Assembly: GCA_013265495.1 (NCBI GenBank)
Contig: MU058584.1
Coordinates: forward strand, 2,079,599-2,143,598
Direction: 5' to 3'
DNA length: 64,000 nt
Origin: Vicugna vicugna
Lineage: Eukaryota
In this document: positions 1 to 15,411 of the stretch, one piece after another
How positions within the stretch are numbered: the stretch's first letter is position 1
Layout of the letters: each line of letters opens with the position of its first letter
Made by a program: the position numbers and the translations under genes
The notes under the pieces: model-generated
Databases searched by the model: none
What the model saw: the letters and a program-made list of their open reading frames with translations, nothing else
Told to the model about the DNA's origin: nothing

Positions 1-49
1 AAATTGATACAGCATTGTAAACTGACTATACATCAATAAAAAAAAAAAA
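1..49 (+). mobile_element. LINE-1 extreme 3' end with polyA signal and tail (truncated by window start)
   Basis: AAATTGATACAGCATTGTAAACTGACTATACATCAATAAA followed by an A-run; matches the 3' termini of other L1 pieces in the window (2070-2130, 21400-21450). Confidence 0.75.
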
Positions 50-1062
50 GAATGTAAACAAACAAAAAGTCAAGAATCCCTGCTCCAGGCTGAGCCTGCT
101 CTGATACATGACTTCAATGCTATATACAGAATGGTGGTACCAGCGTTCCTTCACGGGGCTGCCCAGTGAGGCAACGAAATGGGACCAAGCTGGGAAGGGG
201 AGATCTCTGTGAGCAGGAATGAGGAGTTTAAGACAGAAGAAAAGAAAAAGCAAGAGGAAGGGGAGCAGGTGGAGAAGGGACTTGGAAAAGCTGAAGGAGA
301 GCAAGGAGGAAATGGTAAGAGAAGGGCTGAAAGGGAAAGATGAGACCCTGTGGGCAGAGAAATAGATGCTGTCAGCTGCCTCAGGTGCTGCCTTTGGTTA
401 CTAACTCTGGTTCCGACACTCCAGAGCAGCGGAGAACTTCTTTGCCCATAAAGTAGAAGAGTTACAGAAACCTAGATGCCAATTCAAATATAATCATAAA
501 GATACATAGATTCTTATCTGCTTATATGACGGAACATGTGGTAGTGAATTTATTTTTGTGACCATCCCAGGGGACCCATGTCTTTGCAACCATGTTGTTT
601 CCTGGGGAATGAATGGAGATTCTTGTACGTTCCTCTTGCACCCTGCTCTTTGTCCCTTAGTGGAGATGAGAGTATGTCCTAGTGGGCTTCTAATGAGTTT
701 GAAAGAGAATCCTTGGGGTACACAGAACCTTGATGTAAAGGTAAACATGGTGAGATGGCTTCGTAGACATTAGAATAAGGTCAGATTGAGAACTGCTTTG
801 CTAGTCGGCCAAATTTTGGCAACGACTCACGTCATGTCCTTAAAACACGATTCAGTGGACTTCAGTTATTATTCTGAAGAATTATACAGTCTAATAATCC
901 ATTGTTCATTCTTTCAACACATATTTGTTAAATATCTTTTAGAATTAAAGCACTGCTGAGGTATGGAAGGTACAGAAAATCATTACCCTTCCCTTGTTAC
1001 AACTGATAAGATATGGAAATTGCATGTGTAAGCTTCTCCTCAAAATCTACTTTTAGACACTT

Positions 1063-1306
1063 CTAATTCTATTTATTTATTTATTTATTGAAGTTTGATC
1101 AGTTTACAATGTCACATCCATTTCTGGTATACAGCATGTATCAGTAATACATATACACCCATATATTCATTTCGTATTATTTTTAATTATAGATTATTGC
1201 AAGATTATCTATTTTATATCTAGTAGTTAGTATTTGCAAATCTCAAACTCCCAGTTTATCCCTTCCCACCCTCTTCCCCGCTTAACCATAGATTTTGTTT
1301 TCTATG
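1063..1306 (-). mobile_element. 5'-truncated LINE-1 3' UTR fragment
   Basis: (ATTT)n tail then L1 3' UTR colinear with the copy at 56503-56790; flanked by TSD TACTTTTAGACA(C/T)TT at 1048-1062 and 1307-1321. Confidence 0.85.
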
Positions 1307-1419
1307 TACTTTTAGACATTTTTTAATGCAAAAAGAAGGTTCTAATCTTTATTCTGTTTCACCTACAGCAGTTTTTCCTTTTCTTCTCTATAAAGTATTA
1401 AAAATAAAAGAGGTTTTTT

Positions 1420-2148
1420 AAATAAACAACCCAATCCAAAAATGGGCAGAAGACCTAAACAAGCAATTCTCCAAGGAAGACATACAAATGATCAAAAGGC
1501 ACATGAAAAAATGCTCAGTATCACTAATTATCAGAGAAATGCAAATCAAAACAAAATGAGGTATCACCTAACACCAGTCAGAATGGCCATCATTCAAAAG
1601 TCCATAAAAGACAAATGCTGGAGAGGCTGTGGACAAAAGGGAACCCTCCTTCACTGCTGGTGGGAATGCAGTTTGGTGCAGCCACTATGGAAAACAGTGT
1701 GGAGATTCCTCAAAAGACTAGGAATAGACTTACCATATGACCCAGGAATCCCACTCCTGGGCTTGTACCCAGAAGGAAATCTACTTCAGGATGACACCTG
1801 CACCCCAATGTTCATAGCAGCACTATTTACAATAGCCAAAACATGGAAACAGCCTAAATGTCCATCAACAGGTGACTGGATAAAGAAGATGTGGTATATT
1901 TATACAATGGAATACTACTCAGCCATAAAAACCGACAACATAATGCCATTTGCAGCAACATGGATGCTCCTAGAGAATGTCATTCTAAGTGAAGTAAGCC
2001 AGAAAGAGAAAGAAAAATACCAACAATGAGTGTGTATATGTCCATGAATGACTGAAAAATTGTGCTGAACACTGGAATTTGACACAACGTTGTAAAATGA
2101 TTATAAATCAATAAAAAATGTTAAAAAAATAAAAATAAAAAAATAAAA
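1420..2148 (+). mobile_element. 5'-truncated LINE-1: decayed ORF2 C-terminal (Cys-rich) region plus 3' end and A-rich tail
   Basis: Translates to [22 protein letters not shown]...REMQIKT, a 1-nt frameshift near 1551-1556, then [13 protein letters not shown]...[30 protein letters not shown]...[14 protein letters not shown], typical of L1 ORF2p; AATAAA at 2110-2115 and A-rich tail. Confidence 0.95.
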
Positions 2149-2150
2149 GG

Positions 2151-2229
2151 TTTTTTTTTTTTCTATTGTAGAAAGTCAGTTTATAATGTTGTGTCAGTTT
2201 CTAGTGTACAGCATGATGCTTCAGTCACG
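2151..2229 (-). mobile_element. Very short antisense LINE-1 3' end
   Basis: Poly-T then reverse complement of TGACTGAAGCATCATGCTGTACACTAGAAACTGACACAACATTATAAACTGAC, homologous to the L1 termini at 1-49 and 2049-2115. Confidence 0.8.
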
Positions 2230-2267
2230 AAAAATAAAAGACTTTTAACATCCATACTTTGTCAAGT

Positions 2268-2416
2268 AACTCAATGTCTAGGAATCTTGGTTTCTTCATC
2301 TGCAAAATGGAGATTACAGTCTTACAAGGAAGTTGTTAAAATTAAGTTTCAAATTGTTAAAACTTAAGTGGTAATGTACACAGGGTGCCTGAAACACTAT
2401 CCGTACTCAACAAATT
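2268..2416 (+). mobile_element. MIR SINE relic (approximate limits)
   Basis: MIR core-like GTTTCTTCATCTGCAAAATGGAGAT...GTTGTTAAAATTAA. Confidence 0.6.
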
Positions 2417-4131
2417 CTATCTATAGGTATAATTCTTATTCTGTTAATGTCACGACATTCTTCTCACCCAAGCCTGAAAACATTTTCTTTAATCTTTCCA
2501 GCTACATAAAGTCAATTATCAAGTTCTATTGGCTCGTCCTTGAAAATGTTCCTCATAATTGTCTTCTCCTTTCCACGTCTACTGCCACCTCCATAATTCT
2601 TCCTTATTTCATCTTCTCAGATTTTGTGTTGGGAAACCAGGTCATTTTTCTTAAAATGTACTTTTCTGCTTCCCTATTTAAAACAAACAAGCCACTTGCC
2701 TCAGTGGCTCCCTGGGGTACACCAAACGAAGCACAAATGCAACTGTCCTGAGTCCTCACAATTGCACCTTTCCAATCATTTCCATTGTGCCTGAAAAGAA
2801 ACTACAGTCCTGACATTCCTCCCCGATCCAACCCATCCTTCAGACCTACCTCAAAGTCTCCTTGAATCACTCTAACTGGATTGTCCTTTTATCTCATGCT
2901 TTATAGGATGTCTGGGGCATGGTTTCCCTTCTATAGCATTAAATTTTTTTATTAAAATATATTTTGGCAACATTATAGTGTTGCCAACAGTATAGTTAAA
3001 AGCATAGGTATGGAGACCAGACAATTGTGATGATTAAATTAATAAAGCACCTCGAATATAACCTGATCATTGTAAAGCTCTTAATAAACACTGCTGTTAG
3101 CATTAATGTCCTGTACAGTATTTTCCTACTGAAGCGTTCCTTGATGATAACGATCTTCCAGTATTGGTGGTACATTTTCTAGTACTTTACCTGGTAAACT
3201 TTTATTACATTTTTAGTAATTCTAATTACTTGCTTGCAAACTGATTTCTCATAGGCTCTGGTTTAACTTCTTTGCATGTTTTAAGATGTGCCAACTTCAT
3301 CGTTGTAAGGGATGTGCTAACTCACACTCCCTGTGACAGACATGTGATTTGAAGGTATAGTTTTGTGCTCAACTTTTTATTGGTGTCAAGTAAAAAAGCC
3401 AGTTAACAAGACAGGGTATGTACATGGATAGGACGGTTGTTTTAAGTCATATGACATGCTAATTGCAACCAGTGTTCCCTGTTGCATGCCCTCATGCCAG
3501 TAAGTGCCAAGTAGCTTAAGAACTGCTTTGAAATTCTTTCCTAACTCCCCCTTAACTTGTCAAACTTTTTTTTTCATAATAATTGGGAAAGAGGTTGGAC
3601 TAATAAAAAGGATAACATTTTATCTGAGGGTCTCAAGGTACCTGGTGAGGCTACCTTCCATTTTGCAGATTGGGTATACTGAAATTCAACGTTTCAATGC
3701 CTTTTCTTTGGCTATACTGCCACCCAGGAAGAGGCCCATCCACATAGTAGAATATTTTACATTCCAGAACACTATGCTTGGCTTTTCCAAAGTAATTCAT
3801 CTGCTCTTTTATCTTGTGGCCATTGTGACTGTATACCCAGGCAGATTTCCCCTCTCACCTTGTCGGATGGAAAATTGGAGCCAAATTTATGGTCTACCTA
3901 GAGTGAAAGTATTGCACTTTAGCTCTGAGTTTCTTATTAGCTTTTTCCCCTGATTTTCTTTTTTCTTTTTTTTTTTCATTCTTTCCTGACCATTTTCAAT
4001 TTGAGTCAACTTGTTTGAATATGTATCATTTTAAGCACCTTGAGTTTCTTTTCAAACAAGAAAGGCACATAACTAATTTTTACACTCTTCACACATTTCT
4101 GTTAAATACAGCCTTTTCTTCCTTGACATTT

Positions 4132-4292
4132 AATAACTGTGGGACCCTGGACAAGTTTTATAACCTTTCCAAGTTCCCTCTCTGTAAAATGGAACTAATA
4201 ATGCATAACTCTCTGAGATGTCTTGGGGATTAAATAAAATAACTCATGTAAATTACTTGGTGCATAGTAGGCATTCAATAAATGTCAGTTTG
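4132..4292 (+). mobile_element. MIR SINE relic (approximate limits)
   Basis: CTGTGGGACCCTGGACAAG...CTCTGTAAAATGGAACTAATAAT...GATTAAATAAAATAA...CATAGTAGGCATTCAATAAATGT, MIR core and 3' end. Confidence 0.75.
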
Positions 4293-4947
4293 CTTCTTAT
4301 CCCAGTTAATAATGCTTATTGGACTATATTAAAAACTAGAACCAGACTGTGATAATGCATTTCTTTATTAAGTATTTAAGCCAAATAATTAATTTCCCCC
4401 AGGGGGAAGGGAGAGAGATGTTGAACTAGTTTCACTTGCGGAACTTATTTATTAATTTTTTTCTTCCGCATTATTTAGTTTCATAGTCCATAATTTAGTT
4501 TTCACCCAAGGAAAAAAGTCACAGTTCACTATTCCTTTTAACTATTGTGATCGTTTTTAAAATCTATTTTTACATTTGCCATTTATTAGAGATCATTATT
4601 AATTCTATTAACTGCTCGACTGTGTTTCATAACTACTTCGTGCTGACAAACTTTTGCTCCCAACAGTTACCCTGAGGTCTAACAATTTAAAAAGGATCAA
4701 GTTCTAATGGCAATGTTACAGCAAAAGAAAAACCACATTGAGGGGGAGACCCACACAGTCTGTGTTCTTTCGTGTTAATTTTACACGTTTGCATTTAAGT
4801 GGAGCCACATTTTCCTCAAGGACGGAACCTAAGTGAGGCAGGCGAGAAAAGTGGGAACTAACTGAGCTGGACTACGGTGTCATTGCACCTTTAAGGACTG
4901 GAGACTTGGTATTAGCTCGGCCTCCTTCCCGGCCCACCTCTGAACTC

Positions 4948-4957
4948 TGATTGACAG
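4948..4957 (+). promoter_or_regulatory. PBX-PREP/MEIS decamer motif TGATTGACAG
   Basis: Exact match to the established PBX-PREP/MEIS heterodimer consensus; occupancy not shown. Confidence 0.65.
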
Positions 4958-5174
4958 GGCGCCGGGCGAGGAGGAGCCGAAGGAGGCCGAGGAGGAGGTG
5001 CAGGGAGGAAAGTAGGGGAAGGAGGGGGCCCGTCTTTTCTCTGATGGCCAATCAGGGAAGGGGGGCGGGGCTCTGGGTGCCCTCCTCCCTCCTCTCCTCC
5101 CTCCTTCCCTCCCCCGCCTCCCGGCTTCATGCCGGCTTCCCCGCCCCCTCCCCTCTTTCCTCTGCCCCCTCCCG

Positions 5175-5222
5175 TCTCCTCCTTCTCGTCCTCCTCCTCC
5201 TTCTCCTCCTCCTCCTCCTCTC
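5175..5222. repeat. Imperfect (CCT)n trinucleotide tract
   Basis: TCTCCTCCTTCTCGTCCTCCTCCTCCTTCTCCTCCTCCTCCTCCTCTC read directly. Confidence 0.85.
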
Positions 5223-5414
5223 AGGCTGTGGTTTTTCTGTATATGTTTCTGGAGTCCTGAGCCTGAGCTAAACAAAAGCAGGAGGCTGACGGGGCTGCTG
5301 GAGTTTGCAGAGACACGGAGGAGGAGAGAGCCTGTGCTCTGCCTGCCGCCGCGGCTGGGGGAGATCTGGCTTTTGCAACAGCCCACCCCCTTTGAGATCA
5401 CTCTGGCCCGGAGT

Positions 5415-5444
5415 GGGGGTGGGGGGCAGCGGGGGGTGGGGGGG
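5415..5444 (+). other. G-quadruplex-forming motif G5-T-G6-CAGC-G6-T-G7
   Basis: Four runs of 5-7 G with 1-4 nt loops read directly. Confidence 0.75.
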
Positions 5445-5683
5445 AAAGTTTGCATTGCAATCCCCCTGCCTTCCTCTCCTTTCTCCCGATCAATGCATAT
5501 TTGCAAAAGGATTAAGCCACAGATTTAAGCGCCGGGAGCCCATTTCTGCCTTGCAAAGGAGACCGGACTGAAAAACCAAAAGCCAGCTCTGATTTCTTTT
5601 CGTCAAGTGGGAAGGTGGTTTATTTTTCTTGCTTTTTGGAGTCAACACCCTTCCCCACAAGCCCTTATCCCCACCCTCACCCC

Positions 5684-5704
5684 NNNNNNNNNNNNNNNNN
5701 NNNN
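5684..5704. other. Assembly gap (21 N) within C-rich 5' UTR
   Basis: Run of N flanked by C tracts. Confidence 0.99.
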
Positions 5705-5829
5705 TCCCCACTCCCCATCCTCCCACCATCCTAAAAAGAGGCAAAGGGATTTTTTTTTTTCTTTTGGTCTTCTTTTTTCCCCCTTCTCTGTTTATCCTGA
5801 AAAGGATTTGAAGACAGCTTGAAGGATAA

Positions 5830-9558
<3,729 letters not shown>

Positions 9559-12500
9559 TAGAGGGACTCTCTAGATTGATCGCATGTTCCAAAAGGAAGT
9601 CCTAGCAGGCCTGCTTCTTCCTGTAAAAGAAAAGCACCAAGTTTCTTTGACAGGTATTACCAAGCATTACTGGTTTATTTGCCTTAACTCTGTTCCCAGC
9701 CTCTTTGAAATTGAGTCTAAGATAGAGGTTTTTCAAGGGAAATTTATAGAATGATGTGCCTTTGGGGGAAAAATATGAAAGTAAAAGTCCATTTCCTGAA
9801 GGAATATATTTTGGACCATCTTTAAAACACTATATATTTTTTTTTTTTTTGGAGTTGGGCCAGGTGGGGGGCCAAACTGTTTTAAGTTTCCTTTCCTTTT
9901 TTTTCCTTCTAATTATACGAAGCGGCAGACTGGAGGTTCTCACAGAGTGTTGTCAAATACCTTGGTGGAAAGCGTTACACAACACGAGGTTATCTGTATT
10001 TGAGTGCCCTGTGATTTTTATTGCAGGGAGAATCGCTGGGTATAGGAGAACAGAACGCCACGAGATCACTCATTCTGTTGTTTTTCTACTTTCTAGACCT
10101 CCTATCAGTGGACTAACATACTTATAACACATCCCAGGAGGGCATTTAAATTTTAAAGCAACAATTAAAAAATAGCAGTCATCAATCAGAGGTGTTCTTA
10201 AACAACAGATGCTCTGGGAAGGACATGGAGCAACATCCTCTTGTTTGTTTATTTTAATCCTTAATTTTCCAAAGTAGGTGAACCTCTATCCCTTGTCAAA
10301 AGAAAAGAGTTGAAAAAGGCAATCTGAAACCGGGGCATAAAGATGAGGAACGAGGGGTGGTTATATAAAGCGGGAGTTTCTGCTGGCCTCTGACTTGCTC
10401 GCTCGCTTCCGAGCAGTGCAAAGTACCTGACATCCTATTTATTTATTTATTTTTTACAACAAGGAGTGTAACAGTCAATAATTCATATCTAAACCATATA
10501 AGCAAGGGCATGACATGAATGAAAGTGACAATAAATATGATTGCATGCCCGGTTGATATACATTGATAGTTACACATAAAAAAAGGGGGTGGGGAGGGTT
10601 GAGGGCACACAGGGTGGCTTTCTTTTTGAGAGCCCTCGGTGTTTTCTCTTTTAAAAAATAAATAGTTTCAAGATGTGACCATTGATCGAGTATGTAATTA
10701 CTTGGGTCTGGAAATGTATGTAAAATTAGTACGCAGCTCTTTTGTTGAATGTTATTTGTGTCGTGTATAACATGCCAGACAATGCACCTGAGCAGTGATG
10801 TTTGGATCTCTAAGTCTCCCAGGTTGCCTTGCCAAAGCCTAAACTTACTGCAGAGCTGTTAATTGCATTATTTTTAACCATGAGACATCTTTTAAGAAAT
10901 GTATGGATTATGCATAGAAATATCAATAGGGCTTTTGCAGTTTGTCACACTTTTTAGTTTTTTTTTTTTTTTCCTATTAGCCCAGAGCAGGAAACCTCAG
11001 TGTGTCTACATTTCTTTCTCTTCTTTCATTTTTTTCTTCCTTCTCATTTTCCTTTTTCCTCTGATGCTCATTTGCTTGGAATATTTGGTTTGTTGGAATT
11101 TGTTGCTAATTGAGTACGTGTTCCTGCTGATCTCGATTCATCAAATGGAGAATCAAGCTCTAAAGGCATATTTGATAATCCAGACTAAAGAGACTCTGTT
11201 TTTAAGGCACTTTATCAGATTTTTTCTTTTTGTAAGAAAGCCCATCAGGCACTTAAAGGTGTATCATGGCCAAAGTGTTGAATTCTAGCCTTCTGATTAA
11301 AACCTTCTAAGGCATTAGGTCAAAGTGGGTGGGTGTGAATAGAGATCCGATTCCTGTGTGGGTGAGGGTTTGCTCTTTATGTGAATATTGGCTAAACTAT
11401 GGTGATAAGAAGCAGTCGTACTGGTCAAAAGAACACTCTAAAGTTATAATTTATTGCTGGAATATAGATACTGTTTTTAAAATTTTCTGTTCCTTAGTGA
11501 CATTAATGTTTGGAGATTTTTAAAAATCTAAATTAAGGTGTTGTGTGTTGTCTCTCAAATATTATATTTCAAAGAAAAGCTTATTTACTATTTATTATTT
11601 AATAGTTACTGCAAATTGAACATGTTAAGGATCACTGGCCCCGTGTTAAGAGGGAAATACGCGTGTGCGCACGCACACACACACAGAGTTTTGGATTAAG
11701 AGGGCACCTATGGGTGAAAGTGAAAAAAGAAAAAGAAAAAGGAAAAAAGGACAAAAGGCCATTCTCCTTATTCTTCAGCTTGTATATAGGAAAGATTAAG
11801 GGGAAGGAAGAAACCTTTCCTGGAATGTTGAGTGTTCCGTGCTATAGGTAGGAGCTAACTGCGGTTTGTTGGAAAGAATTCTTTGATTCTAAAGCATGCT
11901 TGCTTATTCAAGATCATTCCAACCCTCATTCTATGAGCCAGCATATCTTCCTTGCGGGTGGTGTGTCGGAGACCCAGAAAGTGTCTGTCTGTAAGGTTGG
12001 AAGAGCTCGGGTTTTTTTTCCCCTCTTGATACAGAGCTAGTGAAAAGCTCTCCTGGATGATCAGTTCACATACATTCTTGCATTATTTGGGGACTTTTCC
12101 ATTGTTAACTTTCAAGCCCCTCGCATGTGATGAGTATCTTTGAGCTTCTGTCTCCAGCATTGTGGAGGGAGGTTGCTTGATTTCGGGTGGGCTCCGTGTG
12201 TGTGTTTGTGTGCCCACACGGAGTTCACACAGCTGGCTCACCTAGGTCTTTACAAGAAAGGCAGGACTCTGTTTGGAGCGTGGTGATTGCATTCATTTGC
12301 AGCTTTTGCTTTTCTGTTTTTGTTAAGGATTTTAGTTGGAAAACTCAGAAGTAAGTAGGGAAAGTCACCAAATTTGCCTTACCAACCTTTTGGAACTTTT
12401 AAAGAAACACGCACATTATAGCACCCAAAGTAGGCAGCACCATCTAGATTACAGTTGATTGATAGGTATTTAAGTCAGAAATTACCGTGGGGATATTCAG

Positions 12501-13669
12501 GGGGAAAAAAAAAGAACCCATGTGTCTTCTTGTTTCAGAATGTAGGTAAGTTTTTATTTTGATACCTTTTTGCTTTTTAAAATAAACGCTAAGAAGGGAA
12601 TGCCTGCAAAATTCTCAGGCAGCAGATCTCAAACAACAGCAAGAAAAATTTTGTCAAGACCTCCAGCCGGTGAATTTCAGAAGTGGCTTTTATCTGCTTG
12701 TTCCTTCTGGGAACACAGAGATTTAATAGAGAGTCTTGGGCCATTTAGTATCTCATTTTCTTTTGTTTCTTAAGGACTGTGCCTTGTCTTCTGATGTGTT
12801 AGCAATAGGCTGGGGTTTGCATTTGTGCAGATGTGGTGGTAGTGGGGTTGACAAGATGGAAGAGGAGGAAAAAACTCCAACAGACTGCGTTTCTTAAAAA
12901 GACTTCACCTGTATTTTTAAATGTTTCTTGATTTAAAAAAAAAAATTCTGTGTCAGAAATCATGCAGGTTAAAAATTAGGAAAGCACACCAAAAATATTG
13001 GGTGCCATCTACTCTAAGGAGAATATTTATAGATAGTCATGAATAGCTGTAATGGTTGTGAATAGGTTTTAATTTTAGAACATAATAGCTATATATGGTA
13101 CTTTCCAGCCAATTTTCCTTCACGCATTATCTGCACTGAAGTTAAATCAAATCACTGAAGGAGGTTAAAAAATTAGTTTTTGCTTTCTTAACACCCTTTT
13201 GTTCTCTCTTTTCTTTTTTTTTCCCTCTATGTTCAATTAACACCCCCATCACACTGTTTTTTTTTTCTTAAGTCTACTACTGTATTTCACTTTTGACACT
13301 CTCCGTTATTATTTCTCGCCTGCCACTTCTTCTTAATATAGCAATTACATCATGGGACTTCGACTCCTCTTTATAGCATTAGAGAATAATTTGTCTGTGT
13401 GTGTGCATGCACGCGTGTACACGTGTGTGTTTGTATATGTAGGTTGGGGAGGACCCCATGCAAGGAAGCTGTATATTGCAGGGAAATAATTCTGATGGTG
13501 TGAAGCCTGAAGCACAGAACAAGAGGGAAATAACTTCAGACCATTTAGAGTTGCCTCTGCTCAGATTCCTTTTGGGGTTGACGTGGCAGAAGTGACTCTT
13601 CCTAGAAGTTCGTCTTGAGCAGGCAAATGCACAGACTTTTTCTTGCTGATGAGAGAATTCAAGTATTTG

Positions 13670-13701
<32 letters not shown>

Positions 13702-15411
13702 GTGGAAGGGGCTGAGAGAGAGAAGGGGAGCAAAGAGGGGGAGTTGCTTGATTCATTGTCCTTGAACCTCCTTTTCAGGAATGGTGGTGTGTTAGGCAGA
13801 AGTCAGGTGACTGTCTAATTGTCTTTACTATTTATTATAATCTGGATAGAAGCGATAGACCTGTGATAATACGACTCTGGCAGAGACGCCAGAGGAGTAT
13901 ATGATGAGAAGTGTCCCTTCTCTCCAGTCGCTTTTGTGGCATCCACTTTTAGAAATGGGCTTGGACCAATTCTGGCACCTGAGAGAGAGGTGTGGAGGAG
14001 GGTGCAGCTTGGTCAGACCTACTGGAGAAAGGTCTTTGGAAATTTGATGTTGCTTCTTCCAACGATAGGATGTCTGAGGATTGGGAATGAGAGATTTAAA
14101 TGAAACTGGGAAACTTGGATGAGGATTTGTGAGATGGGAACCGCAGGAGAAACTTGTAACCTACGCACTGCGGGGTGTTGGGAACTGGGAGGGGTGAGGG
14201 TGTGGGTCCCCAGGTGGGTGGTGGGCTGAGTTCTGGGCAGAGGAGGGCATTGTCTGCTGTTGTGTTTAGCTCACTGCTGGTGCCAGGTTTCTTTGCCCCA
14301 GCATTCTGCTGACATCTGTGAACTTTTGGTTGCTGTTGTTGGCAAAATTACAAAATTTACCCCCAAACAAGCAAACGATCCAAAACTTAGATATTGAACA
14401 TGTTTAAATAGGAAAGCATTTTGATTTTAATTTAAAGCATAACTGTGGCTTCCTTTGAGACATAGTTTACATGTATGCCTTAGGAAAACAGGCTTAACTG
14501 TGGTTTCAAATCTCTTTTAGATGGATGCTGTTATGGTTGGAATTTGGGGTAGTGATTCTAAATATACTTTTATTCCTTTTCTTTTTATAAAATAAATTTA
14601 CTGGAAACACTGCATGATAGAGGCAGTGTCCCAGGTGCAGCTCCCAAAGACAGCTCTTTCTCATTGTCATATGTCCTGGGAGCACCCGTCCATTTGCACC
14701 GCCATTTCAGCCTGGGTTAGAGGAATATAATAATTCTGGCTCCACCTTGCCCCTTACCTGAGATGCTGAGGTGAGGTTAAAGGAATGTAGTAATTGATAA
14801 ATAAAATAAGAGGATTAATGAGTGGTTTGCAAAAGTGTTTAGAGCTCCCTGGGTGATATAGATAAACGATGTGGTGTTTTCTATAATGAATTATCTCAGG
14901 ATCCATATTCTGTTCCATTTCATAGGATGTCATTATGTTAACTCTTTCTGTGAGTCTGCAATTAAGTAGTGAGGTAGTAGTGTCTCATGAGGAGAGTTCT
15001 CTGGTTGAATCTTTTGCTTCATTTGCATCTTGGCGATGTTACTTCTTAAAACTTGGCAGAATGATTTCCAGAATTAAAAAAAAAAAAGTATACAGGTATA
15101 GACTGTCGCAGGATTATAAAACCTGTCTTCCTTCATGGCAGAATAAGGTCAATAGTGACTTCCCAGAATGTCTTCTTACCTCTGACAGTTCTGTTTCAAT
15201 CTCTCAATTACTGGTAGGAATCAAGATTGCGATGGGTGGAAAAATTCATCATTTTTAGTTTAGATCATGGTTTCAACTATATCTCCCATTGACACTCTGT
15301 CATTAAGTGGATCCTGGGACAAGTCCTTCCTATCTGTAAGAGTTCTGGACCTACCACTAAGTAGTTATAAGATGACAGGCAAATAGCTTAAATACTTGAA
15401 GAACTAATTAT

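Larger units (their letters stand above)
4900..5600 (+). promoter_or_regulatory. PBX1: PBX1 CpG-island promoter and upstream part of 5' UTR
   Basis: Abrupt switch to GC/CpG-rich sequence upstream of the ATG; CCAAT box (GGCCAATCAG, core 5048-5052), GC box GGGGCGGGGC 5062-5071, pyrimidine-rich tract 5080-5222. The exact TSS cannot be read from sequence. Confidence 0.85.

Noticed and set aside
1442..2029. 195-aa ORF as a host gene
   Set aside because: It is the L1 ORF2 C-terminus; its first ~38 residues are an off-frame read upstream of a frameshift.
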